DNA of 64,000 bases from Candidatus Nomurabacteria bacterium (lineage in GTDB: Bacteria; Patescibacteriota; Minisyncoccia; Phycocordibacterales; UBA9973): NCBI GenBank assembly GCA_026396015.1, contig JAPLXP010000003.1, forward strand, positions 105,810 to 169,809. Direction: 5' to 3'. The notes beneath the pieces are model-generated. The model was not told the origin of the DNA and did not search any database. It saw nothing but the letters and a program-made list of their open reading frames with translations. Numbering within the stretch: the first letter of the stretch is position 1; each line of letters starts with the position of its first letter. Below are positions 53,476 to 63,923 of this stretch, piece after piece. Both the position numbers and the translations under genes were made by a program.

Positions 53476-54699
53476 ATGAAAACAAAAGATATTTTAGAAG
53501 AGACATGGATAGCATTATCGAGCAACAAAGTTCGATCTGGTTTGACTATGCTCGGTATAGTGATCGGTATTGCATCAGTGATCGCAATGACTGCTATTGG
53601 TCAAGGTGCTCAGTCATCAATACAGTCATCTATTCAATCTATAGGATCAAATCTAGTTCTAGTTACTCCTGGAGCTCAGAGGGGTCCCGGTATGCAAATT
53701 TCTGGGGGGCGTGGTTCTGCTAAAAGTCTGACAATTGAAGATTCAGATGCTATTGTCTCTGGTGTGTCCGGAGTCAAATCTGTAGCACCAGAGGTATCTA
53801 GTAGATATCAGGTTACAGCACGAGGCACAAATACCAATACGACTGTATCAGGGGTGAATTCAAGTTATTCTGATGTCCGAAATGTCACCGTTGATAATGG
53901 TAATTTTATTACCGATCAAAATGTAGACAGTGGTGCAAAAGTTGCTGTACTCGGGCCGTCTGCCCGTGACGATCTATTTGGTGTAGATGGTGATGCGATA
54001 GGTCAGACTATAAAGATAAAACAAATTAATTTTAAAGTTGTAGGTATTACTCATAGTAAAGGTGGCTCAGGGTTCCAAAATCCAGATGATATGATTTTTA
54101 TTCCTATCACTACTGCCCAAAGATTTCTCTCTGGAGATCAATATGTGTCCACAATATCTGTCGGAGCACTAGATGCAAGTACCACCACCCAAGTCCAAGC
54201 TGATGTCACTGCATTATTACTTTCCCGCCATCACATATCAAACCCCGCATCAGCTGATTTTTCAACTTTGAATCAAGCAGATATTATCGCTACAGCCTCA
54301 TCTGTGACAGGTACATTTACAATATTGCTTGCAGCTGTCGCTGGTATATCATTGATTGTTGGTGGTATCGGTATTATGAATATGATGCTCACTACGGTCA
54401 CAGAACGCACTCGTGAGATTGGATTACGCAAAGCTATCGGTGCGCAACGTAAAGATATAAATCGTCAGTTTTTAATCGAAGCCATTATGCTCACATTTAT
54501 TGGAGGAGTTATAGGTGTGGCACTCGGGTGGGGTGTATCCTTGCTCGTGTCAAAATTAGGTATTCTTCAAACAAGTGTATCTATTTCTTCTGTTCTCCTT
54601 TCATTTGGAGTCTCTGCCGCTATTGGAATTATCTTTGGATATTACCCAGCAAAAAAAGCTGCCAAGTTAAATCCAATCGAAGCCTTGAGATATGAATAA
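53476..54699 (+). CDS. ABC transporter permease (MacB/FtsX-like, 4 TM with large extracytoplasmic domain)
   Basis: MacB_PCD-like periplasmic domain then FtsX-type TM bundle (LLAAVAGISLIVGGIGIMNMMLTTVTERTREIGLRKAIGA). Confidence 0.8.
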   Translation: MKTKDILEETWIALSSNKVRSGLTMLGIVIGIASVIAMTAIGQGAQSSIQSSIQSIGSNLVLVTPGAQRGPGMQISGGRGSAKSLTIEDSDAIVSGVSGVKSVAPEVSSRYQVTARGTNTNTTVSGVNSSYSDVRNVTVDNGNFITDQNVDSGAKVAVLGPSARDDLFGVDGDAIGQTIKIKQINFKVVGITHSKGGSGFQNPDDMIFIPITTAQRFLSGDQYVSTISVGALDASTTTQVQADVTALLLSRHHISNPASADFSTLNQADIIATASSVTGTFTILLAAVAGISLIVGGIGIMNMMLTTVTERTREIGLRKAIGAQRKDINRQFLIEAIMLTFIGGVIGVALGWGVSLLVSKLGILQTSVSISSVLLSFGVSAAIGIIFGYYPAKKAAKLNPIEALRYE

Positions 54700-54736
54700 T
54701 GCACCAAAATAATTTATAAGACGTATAATATAATAT

Positions 54737-55195
54737 ATGAAAAACATAAAACACGAACATTTTTTAATAATTTTAATTGCAGTATTTTTGATCGGCGGCG
54801 GTATTGGATTTTTTGCAGGAAAGGGAATCACAAATAAAAATTTACAAAATCCTCAATCTGGATTTGCAAATCGTGGGGGTCAGGGCGGAATGATGGGTGG
54901 GGGTAATCGTGGAGGTCAAGGTAGTGGTATGATGCGCGGTAGTGGATTCGCAAGTGGCGAAGTCTCATCTGTCGATACAAATAGTATCGTAGTTCGGATG
55001 CGTGATGGATCTTCAAAAATTGTGCTGTACGCACCATCTACAGAAATCGGTAAATTCACTACTGGAGTATTGTCTGATGTTGTAGTAGGTAAACAGATAA
55101 TGGTAAATGGCACAGCAAACAGTGATGGATCTGTGACTGCTACAAATATCCAAATTCGCCCGAACATGCCAATTGGAAAACCCGCAAAACAATAA
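54737..55195 (+). CDS. membrane-anchored Gly/Met-rich protein (hypothetical)
   Basis: N-terminal TM. GGQGGMMGGGNRGGQGSGMMRG low-complexity stretch. Confidence 0.4.
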   Translation: MKNIKHEHFLIILIAVFLIGGGIGFFAGKGITNKNLQNPQSGFANRGGQGGMMGGGNRGGQGSGMMRGSGFASGEVSSVDTNSIVVRMRDGSSKIVLYAPSTEIGKFTTGVLSDVVVGKQIMVNGTANSDGSVTATNIQIRPNMPIGKPAKQ

Positions 55196-55274
55196 TTGTA
55201 TTATTAAAATACCTAGGAAATAATTTCCTAGGTATTTTTGTTATGTTTGTTAAATCTAGTATACTAATACCTAC

Positions 55275-56204
55275 ATGCTCAAAAATAATAATAAAAACTG
55301 GGGTCCATATTTGATAGTAGTCGCAGCTTTCCTTTGGGGGATAGACGGTATTTTGAGACGTATGTTCGCTGGTATTCCACCTATTACAATAATTTTTTTC
55401 GAGCACACAATTGGAGCGATCATACTTTTGCCATTTGCTTGGAGCGTGGCGAGTAAAGAAAAAGTTAGTAATAAAGATTTTGGATATTTAATATTGGTAT
55501 CATTGCTGTCTGGATTGTTGGGTACACTGTGGTTCACTACAGCACTTCTTCAGACTTCGTTCATATCATTTTCTGTTGTTTTTCTTTTGCAAAAATTGCA
55601 ACCAATATTTGCAATCACAACATCGTCTTTAATTTTGAAAGAAAAATTTGAAAAGTCGTATGTGAAATGGGCAGTGCTGGCAGTCGTATCTGCTTATTTT
55701 GTAACATTTAAAAATGGGTATATAAATTGGCACACAGGACAAGATACAATGATAGCTGCGTTATATGCATTGGGTGCTGCATTTGCTTGGGGTACATCTA
55801 CTACATTTTCAAAAATAATTTTAAAAAATATTAGTGCCAAGACTAGTACTATATATAGATTTTTGTTTACTGCACTATTTTCATTTATTGTTATGTTTTT
55901 TGTGGGAAATTGTCCTAGTTTGACTGTTGTCACTCCACTGCAATACGGTACATTTGTTCTGATTGCTCTTTCTTCTGGTATGGTGGGATTGCTAATATAT
56001 TATTATGGACTTAAGAATACTTCTGTTCATGCATCAACAATCTTGGAATTATTCTATCCACTTGTAGCCGTATTGATTGGAATATTTATATATCATGATG
56101 TATTATCTCTATCACAATATGTTGCCGGAATAGTTTTGTGTTTTGCTATTTATAAAATCGCCACGATAAACAAAAAGATTCAAGTTACAAAAGAAATTAA
56201 ATAG
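55275..56204 (+). CDS. DMT superfamily (EamA-like) transporter
   Basis: 10 TM, two EamA-type halves. Confidence 0.7.
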   Translation: MLKNNNKNWGPYLIVVAAFLWGIDGILRRMFAGIPPITIIFFEHTIGAIILLPFAWSVASKEKVSNKDFGYLILVSLLSGLLGTLWFTTALLQTSFISFSVVFLLQKLQPIFAITTSSLILKEKFEKSYVKWAVLAVVSAYFVTFKNGYINWHTGQDTMIAALYALGAAFAWGTSTTFSKIILKNISAKTSTIYRFLFTALFSFIVMFFVGNCPSLTVVTPLQYGTFVLIALSSGMVGLLIYYYGLKNTSVHASTILELFYPLVAVLIGIFIYHDVLSLSQYVAGIVLCFAIYKIATINKKIQVTKEIK

Positions 56205-56218
56205 TGTAAAATAGTACA

Positions 56219-56590
56219 ATGGTATTTCAATCAAAACACATAAAAGGTATTGGTCGCGGAAAGAATTTAGGATTTCCTACAATCAATTTAACAATCCCAG
56301 AAGAACTACTTCTTGATGATGGCATCTATGCTGCATGGATAGACATCGGAGGTAGGACATATAAAGGTGCACTTCATTTTGGTCCAGTGCCGACATTCAA
56401 TGAGCGTGAATCACAGCTCGAAGTACATCTGATAGATGTTACAGATGATAATTTTCCAAATACGGTGGACGTAGACATAGAAGTGGATGTAGTAGAAAAA
56501 ATTCGCGAGGTGCAGAGATTTGACGAGACAGTAGACCTGATCGAACAAATCGCTCGTGATGTAGAAAAAGTACAAAAGATTTTAAAATAA
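56219..56590 (+). CDS. monofunctional riboflavin kinase
   Basis: GIGRGKNLGFPTINL matches the riboflavin-kinase G.GRG..LGFPTAN motif. 123 aa. Confidence 0.65.
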   Translation: MVFQSKHIKGIGRGKNLGFPTINLTIPEELLLDDGIYAAWIDIGGRTYKGALHFGPVPTFNERESQLEVHLIDVTDDNFPNTVDVDIEVDVVEKIREVQRFDETVDLIEQIARDVEKVQKILK

Positions 56591-56591
56591 A

Positions 56592-56632
56592 AAATACCCC
56601 GCGCCTGTGGCGCGGGGTATTTTTTATTCTGT
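56592..56632. terminator. bidirectional terminator ccccgcgcc-tgt-ggcgcgggg + T tract
   Basis: 9-bp GC stem read directly. Confidence 0.7.
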
Positions 56633-58267
56633 ACATGCACCGTTTGAGTTTACATTTACAAGATTGAACATTTGGATACACAAGTCATCGATATTCTTTT
56701 TATATTTGAATACATGATCTTCACCTGCGTAGGGGATGAAAGTAACATTCTTGCCTGCATCTTTTAATTTTCCATATAGTAGATCAGCTTGCCATGGTGG
56801 TATAGTGCGATCACTCTGTCCTTGAACTAGAAATATTTTTTGATTACCAATATTTCGAATTTTATTTATGATTGAGGCTTGATCGTATTGAGATCTATTG
56901 TTTGTATCTGGTAATCCCCCGAACTGCACATTGAATATAGAAGTCTTCATTTTGATTAGCAAACTTTCCCAATCTGTCACGCCATTGATAGACATGATAC
57001 TACGGAATTTTTCTGGATGCTCAGCTAGAGTTTTTAGTGATAGGTATCCACCATAGCTATTTCCAGCCATATACACATCATTCACATTGTATCTAGATTT
57101 GATATTGTCTATTGAATTTATTACATCATTCACATCACCACGTCCGACCTCACCTTTTAATCTCTCTGAATATTCTGTGCCGAATCCTAGACTACCTCTA
57201 TAATCTAGCTTTAAAACTATCACACCACTCCCCGATAGCTTTTGTAAAATCTCATCGTATATACCATAGCTGTGGAATGAGTGGTATCCGAGCCCAGCTT
57301 GCCTGTATGGGCCTCCGTGGAGCCATACGAGCAGAGGGTGGGGCACAGACATGTCCGATGGAGTCATAATTATTCCGTTTAAATCTCCAATTTTTATTTC
57401 ATGCTCATTATCTAGATTTGCTGTTTTTTGTATTCCTGGAATATTGAATTTTTTTACTATGCCACTCTTTGTGTCATACATAGCTGGGCCATAACCTTTT
57501 TGTTCTAGGTTGTAGAATGCTATGTATTTACCAATTTTATATAGTGGTCCAGTATGTGCTGCTATACCACTATCTATTTTTATCTCTGCCTGTTTTGATA
57601 TGTTGTATTTATATAATGACCATTTGTATGGATCTGCTTTTGTATTTGCTATGTAATAGATTGTATTTGAATCTGTAACAATAAAATTATTTATATTGAG
57701 TGTGTTACTCTTCAATTCTTTGATTCTTGGATTGTTTGTTTGATTACCAGATGCTTCTACTATATATAGCTGCATGGATCCAGATTTATCATCTACATAT
57801 ACGACTTGATTTGAATTTGGAATAAAATCAAATAATTTTCTCGCATCAGTGATACTGTCCCAGTACGATAATTGCTTGCTGATTGTGTATGTTTTTTTAT
57901 TTTTGATATTTTCAAATACAAAAGTCCTAGTCCCATTTGTTTTATTAAGAGTACCAAGGTAATAGGCAAGGATATTTTTTGAAGGGGATAGTGTTATATA
58001 ATCTGCTTTAATCTTTGATAGTATTTTTGTTGTCTTGCTTGGTATAGCTATACTCCCTGGTTTTCCTAGGGAGATATTATTTTTTTGGTCACATGAAAAG
58101 TCTGCGAGTGAACATAGATAATTTGTCTTTGTATTTACTCCATAATATTGAATAAAAATATCTTTAGAATTCCATCCATTTATATTCCCATAATTGATTG
58201 ATATCGCATATGTAGTATGTGTTGAAAATAATATTAATATTATTATTAAATATTTGAAGTATCTCAT
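56624..58267 (-). CDS. S9 family serine peptidase (prolyl oligopeptidase/DPP-like) with N-terminal signal peptide and beta-propeller
   Basis: Nucleophile elbow GNSYGGY, C-terminal alpha/beta-hydrolase domain with D and H. Confidence 0.75.
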   Translation of the reverse strand: MRYFKYLIIILILFSTHTTYAISINYGNINGWNSKDIFIQYYGVNTKTNYLCSLADFSCDQKNNISLGKPGSIAIPSKTTKILSKIKADYITLSPSKNILAYYLGTLNKTNGTRTFVFENIKNKKTYTISKQLSYWDSITDARKLFDFIPNSNQVVYVDDKSGSMQLYIVEASGNQTNNPRIKELKSNTLNINNFIVTDSNTIYYIANTKADPYKWSLYKYNISKQAEIKIDSGIAAHTGPLYKIGKYIAFYNLEQKGYGPAMYDTKSGIVKKFNIPGIQKTANLDNEHEIKIGDLNGIIMTPSDMSVPHPLLVWLHGGPYRQAGLGYHSFHSYGIYDEILQKLSGSGVIVLKLDYRGSLGFGTEYSERLKGEVGRGDVNDVINSIDNIKSRYNVNDVYMAGNSYGGYLSLKTLAEHPEKFRSIMSINGVTDWESLLIKMKTSIFNVQFGGLPDTNNRSQYDQASIINKIRNIGNQKIFLVQGQSDRTIPPWQADLLYGKLKDAGKNVTFIPYAGEDHVFKYKKNIDDLCIQMFNLVNVNSNGACTE

Positions 58268-58283
58268 ACATATATAGTATAGT

Positions 58284-58901
58284 ATGTGTATGGATACGAC
58301 AAGAGAAAAGGAAATAGTACTCGTTCAAATATTTTATTTGTTTCTTTTACCTATATTTTTATTATATTTTCATATAATACCTGGATCTTATAGGTTTATA
58401 ATATTGGCATCTGTGGCCCTCATGTTGATGGGAATTATTCACAAATCACAGTGGACACTATCTGATATTGGTTTCAAGAAAGATTGGAAATCTGATTTGA
58501 AGGTTTACTTTCTTTTTACCGTCGGAGGTTTGTTTTTCTTGTATTGGCTAGCTAGTATTGTTCCACATAGCCCATTTCTCGATTGGGATGATAATAAAAA
58601 ATTCCTAATACTATTTGCTCCTATCAGTATTCTTCAAGAAGTTATTTTTCGAGGAATACTGATTAAGATGCTCTTGAAAGCTTTCAATCGAATTGAGATC
58701 GTTATTCTAATCAATGCTGTAGTGTTTACTCTGATGCATGTCATTTATCTTAATGCCATCTTTGTCCTGCCACTTACATTTATCGCAGGCGTGGCGTTTG
58801 CTTGGATGTATATTTATAAGCCCAATATTGTTCTGATTTCTATTAGTCATACTATCTTGAATTTTGTAGCTATGATATTGGGATTTTTTATTATTAGGTA
58901 G
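58284..58901 (+). CDS. CPBP family intramembrane metalloprotease (CAAX protease-like)
   Basis: ILQEVIFRGIL (EExxxR) and FTLMHV (FxxxH) motifs in TM helices. Confidence 0.7.
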   Translation: MCMDTTREKEIVLVQIFYLFLLPIFLLYFHIIPGSYRFIILASVALMLMGIIHKSQWTLSDIGFKKDWKSDLKVYFLFTVGGLFFLYWLASIVPHSPFLDWDDNKKFLILFAPISILQEVIFRGILIKMLLKAFNRIEIVILINAVVFTLMHVIYLNAIFVLPLTFIAGVAFAWMYIYKPNIVLISISHTILNFVAMILGFFIIR

Positions 58902-58933
58902 CTTTTTAGAATAAAAGGGCATATACTAATTTT

Positions 58934-59434
58934 ATGAATGCAGATGAACATCGGTCAGAAAATACTAGACCTTCCTGGGATGAATATTTTATAAAACTTA
59001 CCGAGATTGTGGGTACTCGTGGTACTTGTGATCGTGGGTATGCTGGATGCGTCATCGTAAAAGACAAGAGAATATTGTCTACTGGATATGTAGGCGCACC
59101 TATGGGTCTACCGCATTGTAATGAAGTAGGACACGAGATGCATACAGTCAGACAGGAAGATGGCACTGAATCTCGTCATTGTATACGTACTGCACATGCC
59201 GAGCAGAATGCTATAAATAATGCTGCACGAGTAGGGGTAGCTATCGATGGTGCGACTGTATACTGCAAGATGATACCATGCTACAAATGTGCACAGAGTA
59301 TTATCAACTCTGGTATCGTGCGAGTCGTAGCTATGAAGGATTACCACGGTGCGACTAGGACAAAAGAAATATTTGCCCAATGTGGAATGCAATACGAAAT
59401 CCTAGGGGAAATGGAGGTTTATAAAGATATGTAA
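58934..59434 (+). CDS. dCMP deaminase (cytidine/deoxycytidylate deaminase family)
   Basis: HAEQNAI and PCYKCAQSI zinc-binding motifs. Confidence 0.8.
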   Translation: MNADEHRSENTRPSWDEYFIKLTEIVGTRGTCDRGYAGCVIVKDKRILSTGYVGAPMGLPHCNEVGHEMHTVRQEDGTESRHCIRTAHAEQNAINNAARVGVAIDGATVYCKMIPCYKCAQSIINSGIVRVVAMKDYHGATRTKEIFAQCGMQYEILGEMEVYKDM

Positions 59435-59446
59435 TATAATCACTAT

Positions 59447-59776
59447 ATGGTAGAACTCAAAGATTTACAAAAGGAGGTAATGCGAAATAAGGTAGAAAAA
59501 GGTTTTAATACCACAGATATGGCTCTGGACTTTTGTCGAGCGCACGAGGAACTTTCAGAGGCATTTTCTAAATTTAATAAAAATCAAGAAGGTGTCGCCG
59601 AAGAACTAGCAGACGTAATGATTTTTATTCTGGGTATGTGCGAAAATCTTGGATATGACCTAGAGGCAGAACTAGTGAGAAAAATTGAAATAAACAAAAA
59701 TAGAAAATACATAAAAACTAAATCACCAGACGGTAAGGATATATTTATCAGAGAAAAGACAGATATCGATCCATAA
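59447..59776 (+). CDS. MazG-like nucleoside triphosphate pyrophosphohydrolase (all-alpha NTP-PPase)
   Basis: EELSEAFS...ELADVMIFIL motif pair. 109 aa. Confidence 0.55.
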   Translation: MVELKDLQKEVMRNKVEKGFNTTDMALDFCRAHEELSEAFSKFNKNQEGVAEELADVMIFILGMCENLGYDLEAELVRKIEINKNRKYIKTKSPDGKDIFIREKTDIDP

Positions 59777-59782
59777 GAAATA

Positions 59783-59816
59783 AAAACACCCCGACAATTG
59801 TCGGGGTGTTTTTATT
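59783..59816. terminator. bidirectional terminator caccccgaca-att-gtcggggtg + T tract
   Basis: Read directly. Confidence 0.7.
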
Positions 59817-60288
59817 TCTTTTTGTAAACGGAAAATCTGTATGGTGGGTCATTTTCAAAATGTTCTTCACTTGATATCCCCCCCCATTCAGTACTCTTTA
59901 TTTCAGGAAAAAAAGTATCAGCATCAAATTCTTTTTCAACATGAGTCACATACAATTTATCTGCAAAGGGTAGAGTTTGTTTGTATACCTCACCTCCACC
60001 GATTATGAATACTTCATCTTCATACTTACATGCATCCAATGCTTTGATTAATGAATTCACGACTTCAGTACCTTCGTGTGTATATGATGCATCACGAGTG
60101 ATTATTATGTTGCGGCGATTAGGAAGTGGACGACCTATCGATTCAAAAGTCTTGCGACCCATGATTATAGTATGACCAGAAGTTATTTCTTTAAAATGCT
60201 TAAGGTCATCTGGTATATTCCATAGTAAGGTATTGTCTTTTCCTATAGCATTATTTTTTGATATGGCTACGATTATTGATGTGATCAT
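59812..60288 (-). CDS. folA: dihydrofolate reductase
   Basis: IVAISKNNAIGKDNTLLWNIPDDLKHF, GRKTFESIG, 158 aa. Confidence 0.8.
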   Translation of the reverse strand: MITSIIVAISKNNAIGKDNTLLWNIPDDLKHFKEITSGHTIIMGRKTFESIGRPLPNRRNIIITRDASYTHEGTEVVNSLIKALDACKYEDEVFIIGGGEVYKQTLPFADKLYVTHVEKEFDADTFFPEIKSTEWGGISSEEHFENDPPYRFSVYKKK

Positions 60289-60290
60289 AA

Positions 60291-61232
60291 TTATACTGCG
60301 ATTGGTGCACGTATCGCTTCATGTGGATTGTATTCGACCAATTCAAAATCATTAATAGTAAAATCTTCAATATTTTTAATCTCTTTATTCAGGATCATTT
60401 TTGGCATTGGACGTAGGTCATTTTTTCTAGATAATTGTATGTCTACTTGATCCATGTGATTGTTGTATAGATGTACATCTCCTCCAGTCCATACGAATTC
60501 TCCAGGTTCTAGTCCTGTGACTTGAGCTATCATCATGATCAATATTGAATAAGATGCGATATTGAATGGCACACCTAGGAATGTATCACAACTTCTCTGG
60601 TACAGCTGGCAAGAAAGTTTTCCGTTGGATACATAGAATTGAAATAGACAGTGGCAAGGTGGGAGCCCGGCTTTTGCCATCTCGTCGATATCAGCTACAT
60701 TCCATGCAGATACTATCATTCTCCTGTCGTTTGGATTTTTCTTTAGCTGCTCGATTACGTTTTTTAATTGATCTATATGTCCACCACCAGGTGTGGGCCA
60801 GTTGCGCCATTGATATCCATATATCGGTCCGAGGTTTCCGTAATCTTTTGCAAAATTTTCATCATTTTTTATTTTTTCAATGAATTCTTTTATTCCGGTA
60901 TTCCACTCATCACTACATGTAGGGGGGACTTGGATATTGTTTCGGATTAAGTATGCCTTGTATGGCCACTCATCCCAAATGTGAACATTGTTTTCTGCGA
61001 GGTATTTTAGATTGCTATCTCCTCGTACAAACCATATCAATTCGTGGATTATTGCTTTGATAGGAACTTTTTTTGTTGTGAGTAATGGGAATCCTTTTGA
61101 TAAATCAAAGCGCATTTGATGACCAAAGATAGATAGTGTACCAGTACCTGTACGGTCACCCTTTTGGGATCCCTCATTTTTAATTCTTTCTATTAGATCT
61201 AGATATATATTATCTACATGATATTTGTCCAT
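60291..61232 (-). CDS. thyA: thymidylate synthase (ThyA)
   Basis: Catalytic Cys context [21 protein letters not shown], 313 aa. Confidence 0.9.
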   Translation of the reverse strand: MDKYHVDNIYLDLIERIKNEGSQKGDRTGTGTLSIFGHQMRFDLSKGFPLLTTKKVPIKAIIHELIWFVRGDSNLKYLAENNVHIWDEWPYKAYLIRNNIQVPPTCSDEWNTGIKEFIEKIKNDENFAKDYGNLGPIYGYQWRNWPTPGGGHIDQLKNVIEQLKKNPNDRRMIVSAWNVADIDEMAKAGLPPCHCLFQFYVSNGKLSCQLYQRSCDTFLGVPFNIASYSILIMMIAQVTGLEPGEFVWTGGDVHLYNNHMDQVDIQLSRKNDLRPMPKMILNKEIKNIEDFTINDFELVEYNPHEAIRAPIAV

Positions 61233-61319
61233 GGATATATTGTACGTTTTTTATGTATGTAGCACCACTCTTGACGATTTCTTATTTTAGGCGTACATTC
61301 AATGTAAATAATACCTACT

Positions 61320-61775
61320 ATGAAAAATAAAATAATTTTTGCCAGTAACTTTTTGATGCAAATATGCTGGATGATACCACTATTCATAGTGCTATCATAT
61401 ACAAAGAATCAGAATACTTTGCACTCTAAATCAAATGGAGAGTACCGTACCGATAGTCTGTATGTGCCACCTTGCGAGCATCCTGCCTATATGGGTGGAT
61501 GCGAAAATGACACACTACATATTGTATTTTTTAAATCAATGGGTAGAAAAATTTGCATATCTGTTTTTATTAAAAATGTACAGACAAATTTTCAGCGATT
61601 TGTTAAAGATACTTGTTGCCGAGATTCTTTGTTTTATACATTTTTAAATAAAGGAATAACAAAATACGAATGTGTAAGGCTAGTTCATTCTTTGTATGAT
61701 TGTAAAGATAGCTTGCTGTCTAAAAAGGTTGTTATCTTTTACAATAAAGATTTTGTGCAATCGAACTTTTATTAA
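61320..61775 (+). CDS. Cys-rich secreted/membrane-anchored hypothetical protein
   Basis: N-terminal hydrophobic segment, 9 Cys in 151 aa. Confidence 0.4.
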   Translation: MKNKIIFASNFLMQICWMIPLFIVLSYTKNQNTLHSKSNGEYRTDSLYVPPCEHPAYMGGCENDTLHIVFFKSMGRKICISVFIKNVQTNFQRFVKDTCCRDSLFYTFLNKGITKYECVRLVHSLYDCKDSLLSKKVVIFYNKDFVQSNFY

Positions 61776-61864
61776 AGCCAATATTTATATTATAAGTATT
61801 GGCTTTTGCTTGACCTAATTAAATTTAAGTGGTAGATTAAAAGAAAAATTTAATAAATATACAA

Positions 61865-62641
61865 ATGAAGATAGATGAAAAATGCGCACAAACGCTTGTT
61901 GATAATTTTTTTAAGTCTTATTTAAATAGATTAAAAGAAGAAGGATTAATCAATAGATTTGAAATTATTGTTGTAGGTGATACACCAATCATAATAGTGA
62001 CCTGTTATTTTGATTACAAAGAAGATCCTTTTAAAAAAAGAACTCCGCGTAATATCCGAAAAGAGCTTTATGCCAAGGTGATTCTTTCAACACAGAAAAA
62101 TTTTGATTTTGATACTAAATATTCTTTTGTGGAGGATGATCCAGGATTTGACTGGTTTAGATTAAAGGTCATAAAAAAAATTAAGGAAAGGAGCTGCGGA
62201 GAATCTGCAGAAAATAGAGCAATATCTTTGATGCAAGAATTAAAATCTGAGGGTCGCTGTGGAATTGTTCACGTATATAAAAGCGGGGAGTATTCAGATA
62301 ATAATTTAAAATTGGATGTAATTCTTGTAATTGAAAAGAAAATGCCAAAAGTTTTTTTTGATGAGAGAAATGAAAGATTTACAATTGGATTTAATGTCAA
62401 ATCTTCTATAGAAGGCCAGAAAAATCATATTGAAAAAAATAAACATATTCCATCTCTGTGTTTGGATAAAAATCTAAGCGATGAGGAAATTAAAAAAAAT
62501 GCAAAAGAGCTTATTATCCATTCTTTGATTTATCTTCATACTAAATTCACTGGATCTTTATTGGATAAAATGCCTGAGTATAATTTTTCAGATTCATTGA
62601 AATTTATTCTGACAAAGTCCAAACAGAAAATTCATAAATAA
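61865..62641 (+). CDS. hypothetical protein
   Basis: 258-aa ORF followed by a strong terminator. No recognisable motif. Confidence 0.4.
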   Translation: MKIDEKCAQTLVDNFFKSYLNRLKEEGLINRFEIIVVGDTPIIIVTCYFDYKEDPFKKRTPRNIRKELYAKVILSTQKNFDFDTKYSFVEDDPGFDWFRLKVIKKIKERSCGESAENRAISLMQELKSEGRCGIVHVYKSGEYSDNNLKLDVILVIEKKMPKVFFDERNERFTIGFNVKSSIEGQKNHIEKNKHIPSLCLDKNLSDEEIKKNAKELIIHSLIYLHTKFTGSLLDKMPEYNFSDSLKFILTKSKQKIHK

Positions 62642-62643
62642 AT

Positions 62644-62682
62644 AAAAAGCCTATATTACACCAAGTAATATAGGCTTTTTTC
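62644..62682. terminator. terminator agcctatattac-acca-agtaatataggct + T tract
   Basis: 12-bp stem read directly. Confidence 0.7.
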
Positions 62683-62738
62683 TTTATCTGGATGCTGTGA
62701 TAGAATACCTATATTAATCTCTAATTTTTTTAATCTAT

Positions 62739-63920
62739 ATGGCAATGAAAGACAAACAGGTAGAAAAACTTATTAAGGCAGAGGACAAGCGTCAGAAGAG
62801 TGTTGTTAATTTGATCGCTTCAGAGAACTATGTATCTCGGGATGTCCTCGCAGCATTGGGCTCAACTTTGACTAATAAATACGCCGAGGGGTATCCAGGA
62901 CGCCGATACTATGGTGGTAATGAGATCATAGATAAGGTAGAGCAACTATGTATAGATCGAGCACTCAAACTTTTTAAATTAAAAAATACAGACTGGCATG
63001 TGAATGCACAGCTACTATCTGGATCTCCTGCAAACTTTGCACTTTACTCTGCACTCGTACCACTAGGAGAGAAAATCATGGGTATGAAGCTGACATCTGG
63101 TGGGCACCTCACACATGGGCACCCACTATCTATGACCGGCAAGCTTTGGAAGCCTGTGCAATTCGAACTCGGTGGAGAAAGTGAAGTGATAGATTATGAT
63201 GCATTGATGGAGATAGCAAAGAAAGAAAAGCCGGCGATAATAGTCGCAGGATTCACTGCATACCCACGTACTGTGGACTTCAAAAAATTCCGAGAAATCG
63301 CAGATGCATGCGGAGCGATACTGCACGTAGACATGTCACATTTTGCGGGGCTCGTAGCTGGTGGGGCATACCCATCACCATTCCCACACGCTGACTCTGT
63401 GATGACTACTACTCATAAATCTCTCCGTGGCCCAAGACAAGCACTCCTCTTTGTGAAAAAAGATGAAAGAGGTTTTGACAAGAAACTCGACAAGATGGTC
63501 ATCCCTGGACTCTTTGGTGGTCCGCACGAGAACAATATTGCTGCCGTTGCGATAGCGTTGAACGAGGCCTCAAAACCAGAATTCAAAAAATATGCAAAGC
63601 AAGTAGTAAAGAATGCGCAGACTCTTGCAAAAGAACTCAAAAAACTCGGCTGGCATATCATCTCTGGGGGCACAGATTCACATTTGATATTGATGGATAC
63701 ATGGATGGATGGTGCTGGAGTATCCGGTAGTGATGCGAGCAAGAAACTCGAAAAAGCAGGTATCATCGTGAATATGAATACTATCCCTGGCGACAAGCGC
63801 TCTGTCATGGATCCATCTGGTATCCGCCTCGGTACTTGTGCAGAGACTACTCGTGGAAGAAAGGAGAAGGATATGATCAAGATTGCCCAAAAGATGGATA
63901 AGATTTTAAGAGGAAAATAA
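62739..63920 (+). CDS. glyA: serine hydroxymethyltransferase
   Basis: PLP-lysine region TTTHKSLRGPR, HLTHGH, GYPGRRYYGG. Confidence 0.9.
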   Translation: MAMKDKQVEKLIKAEDKRQKSVVNLIASENYVSRDVLAALGSTLTNKYAEGYPGRRYYGGNEIIDKVEQLCIDRALKLFKLKNTDWHVNAQLLSGSPANFALYSALVPLGEKIMGMKLTSGGHLTHGHPLSMTGKLWKPVQFELGGESEVIDYDALMEIAKKEKPAIIVAGFTAYPRTVDFKKFREIADACGAILHVDMSHFAGLVAGGAYPSPFPHADSVMTTTHKSLRGPRQALLFVKKDERGFDKKLDKMVIPGLFGGPHENNIAAVAIALNEASKPEFKKYAKQVVKNAQTLAKELKKLGWHIISGGTDSHLILMDTWMDGAGVSGSDASKKLEKAGIIVNMNTIPGDKRSVMDPSGIRLGTCAETTRGRKEKDMIKIAQKMDKILRGK

Positions 63921-63923
63921 TTT

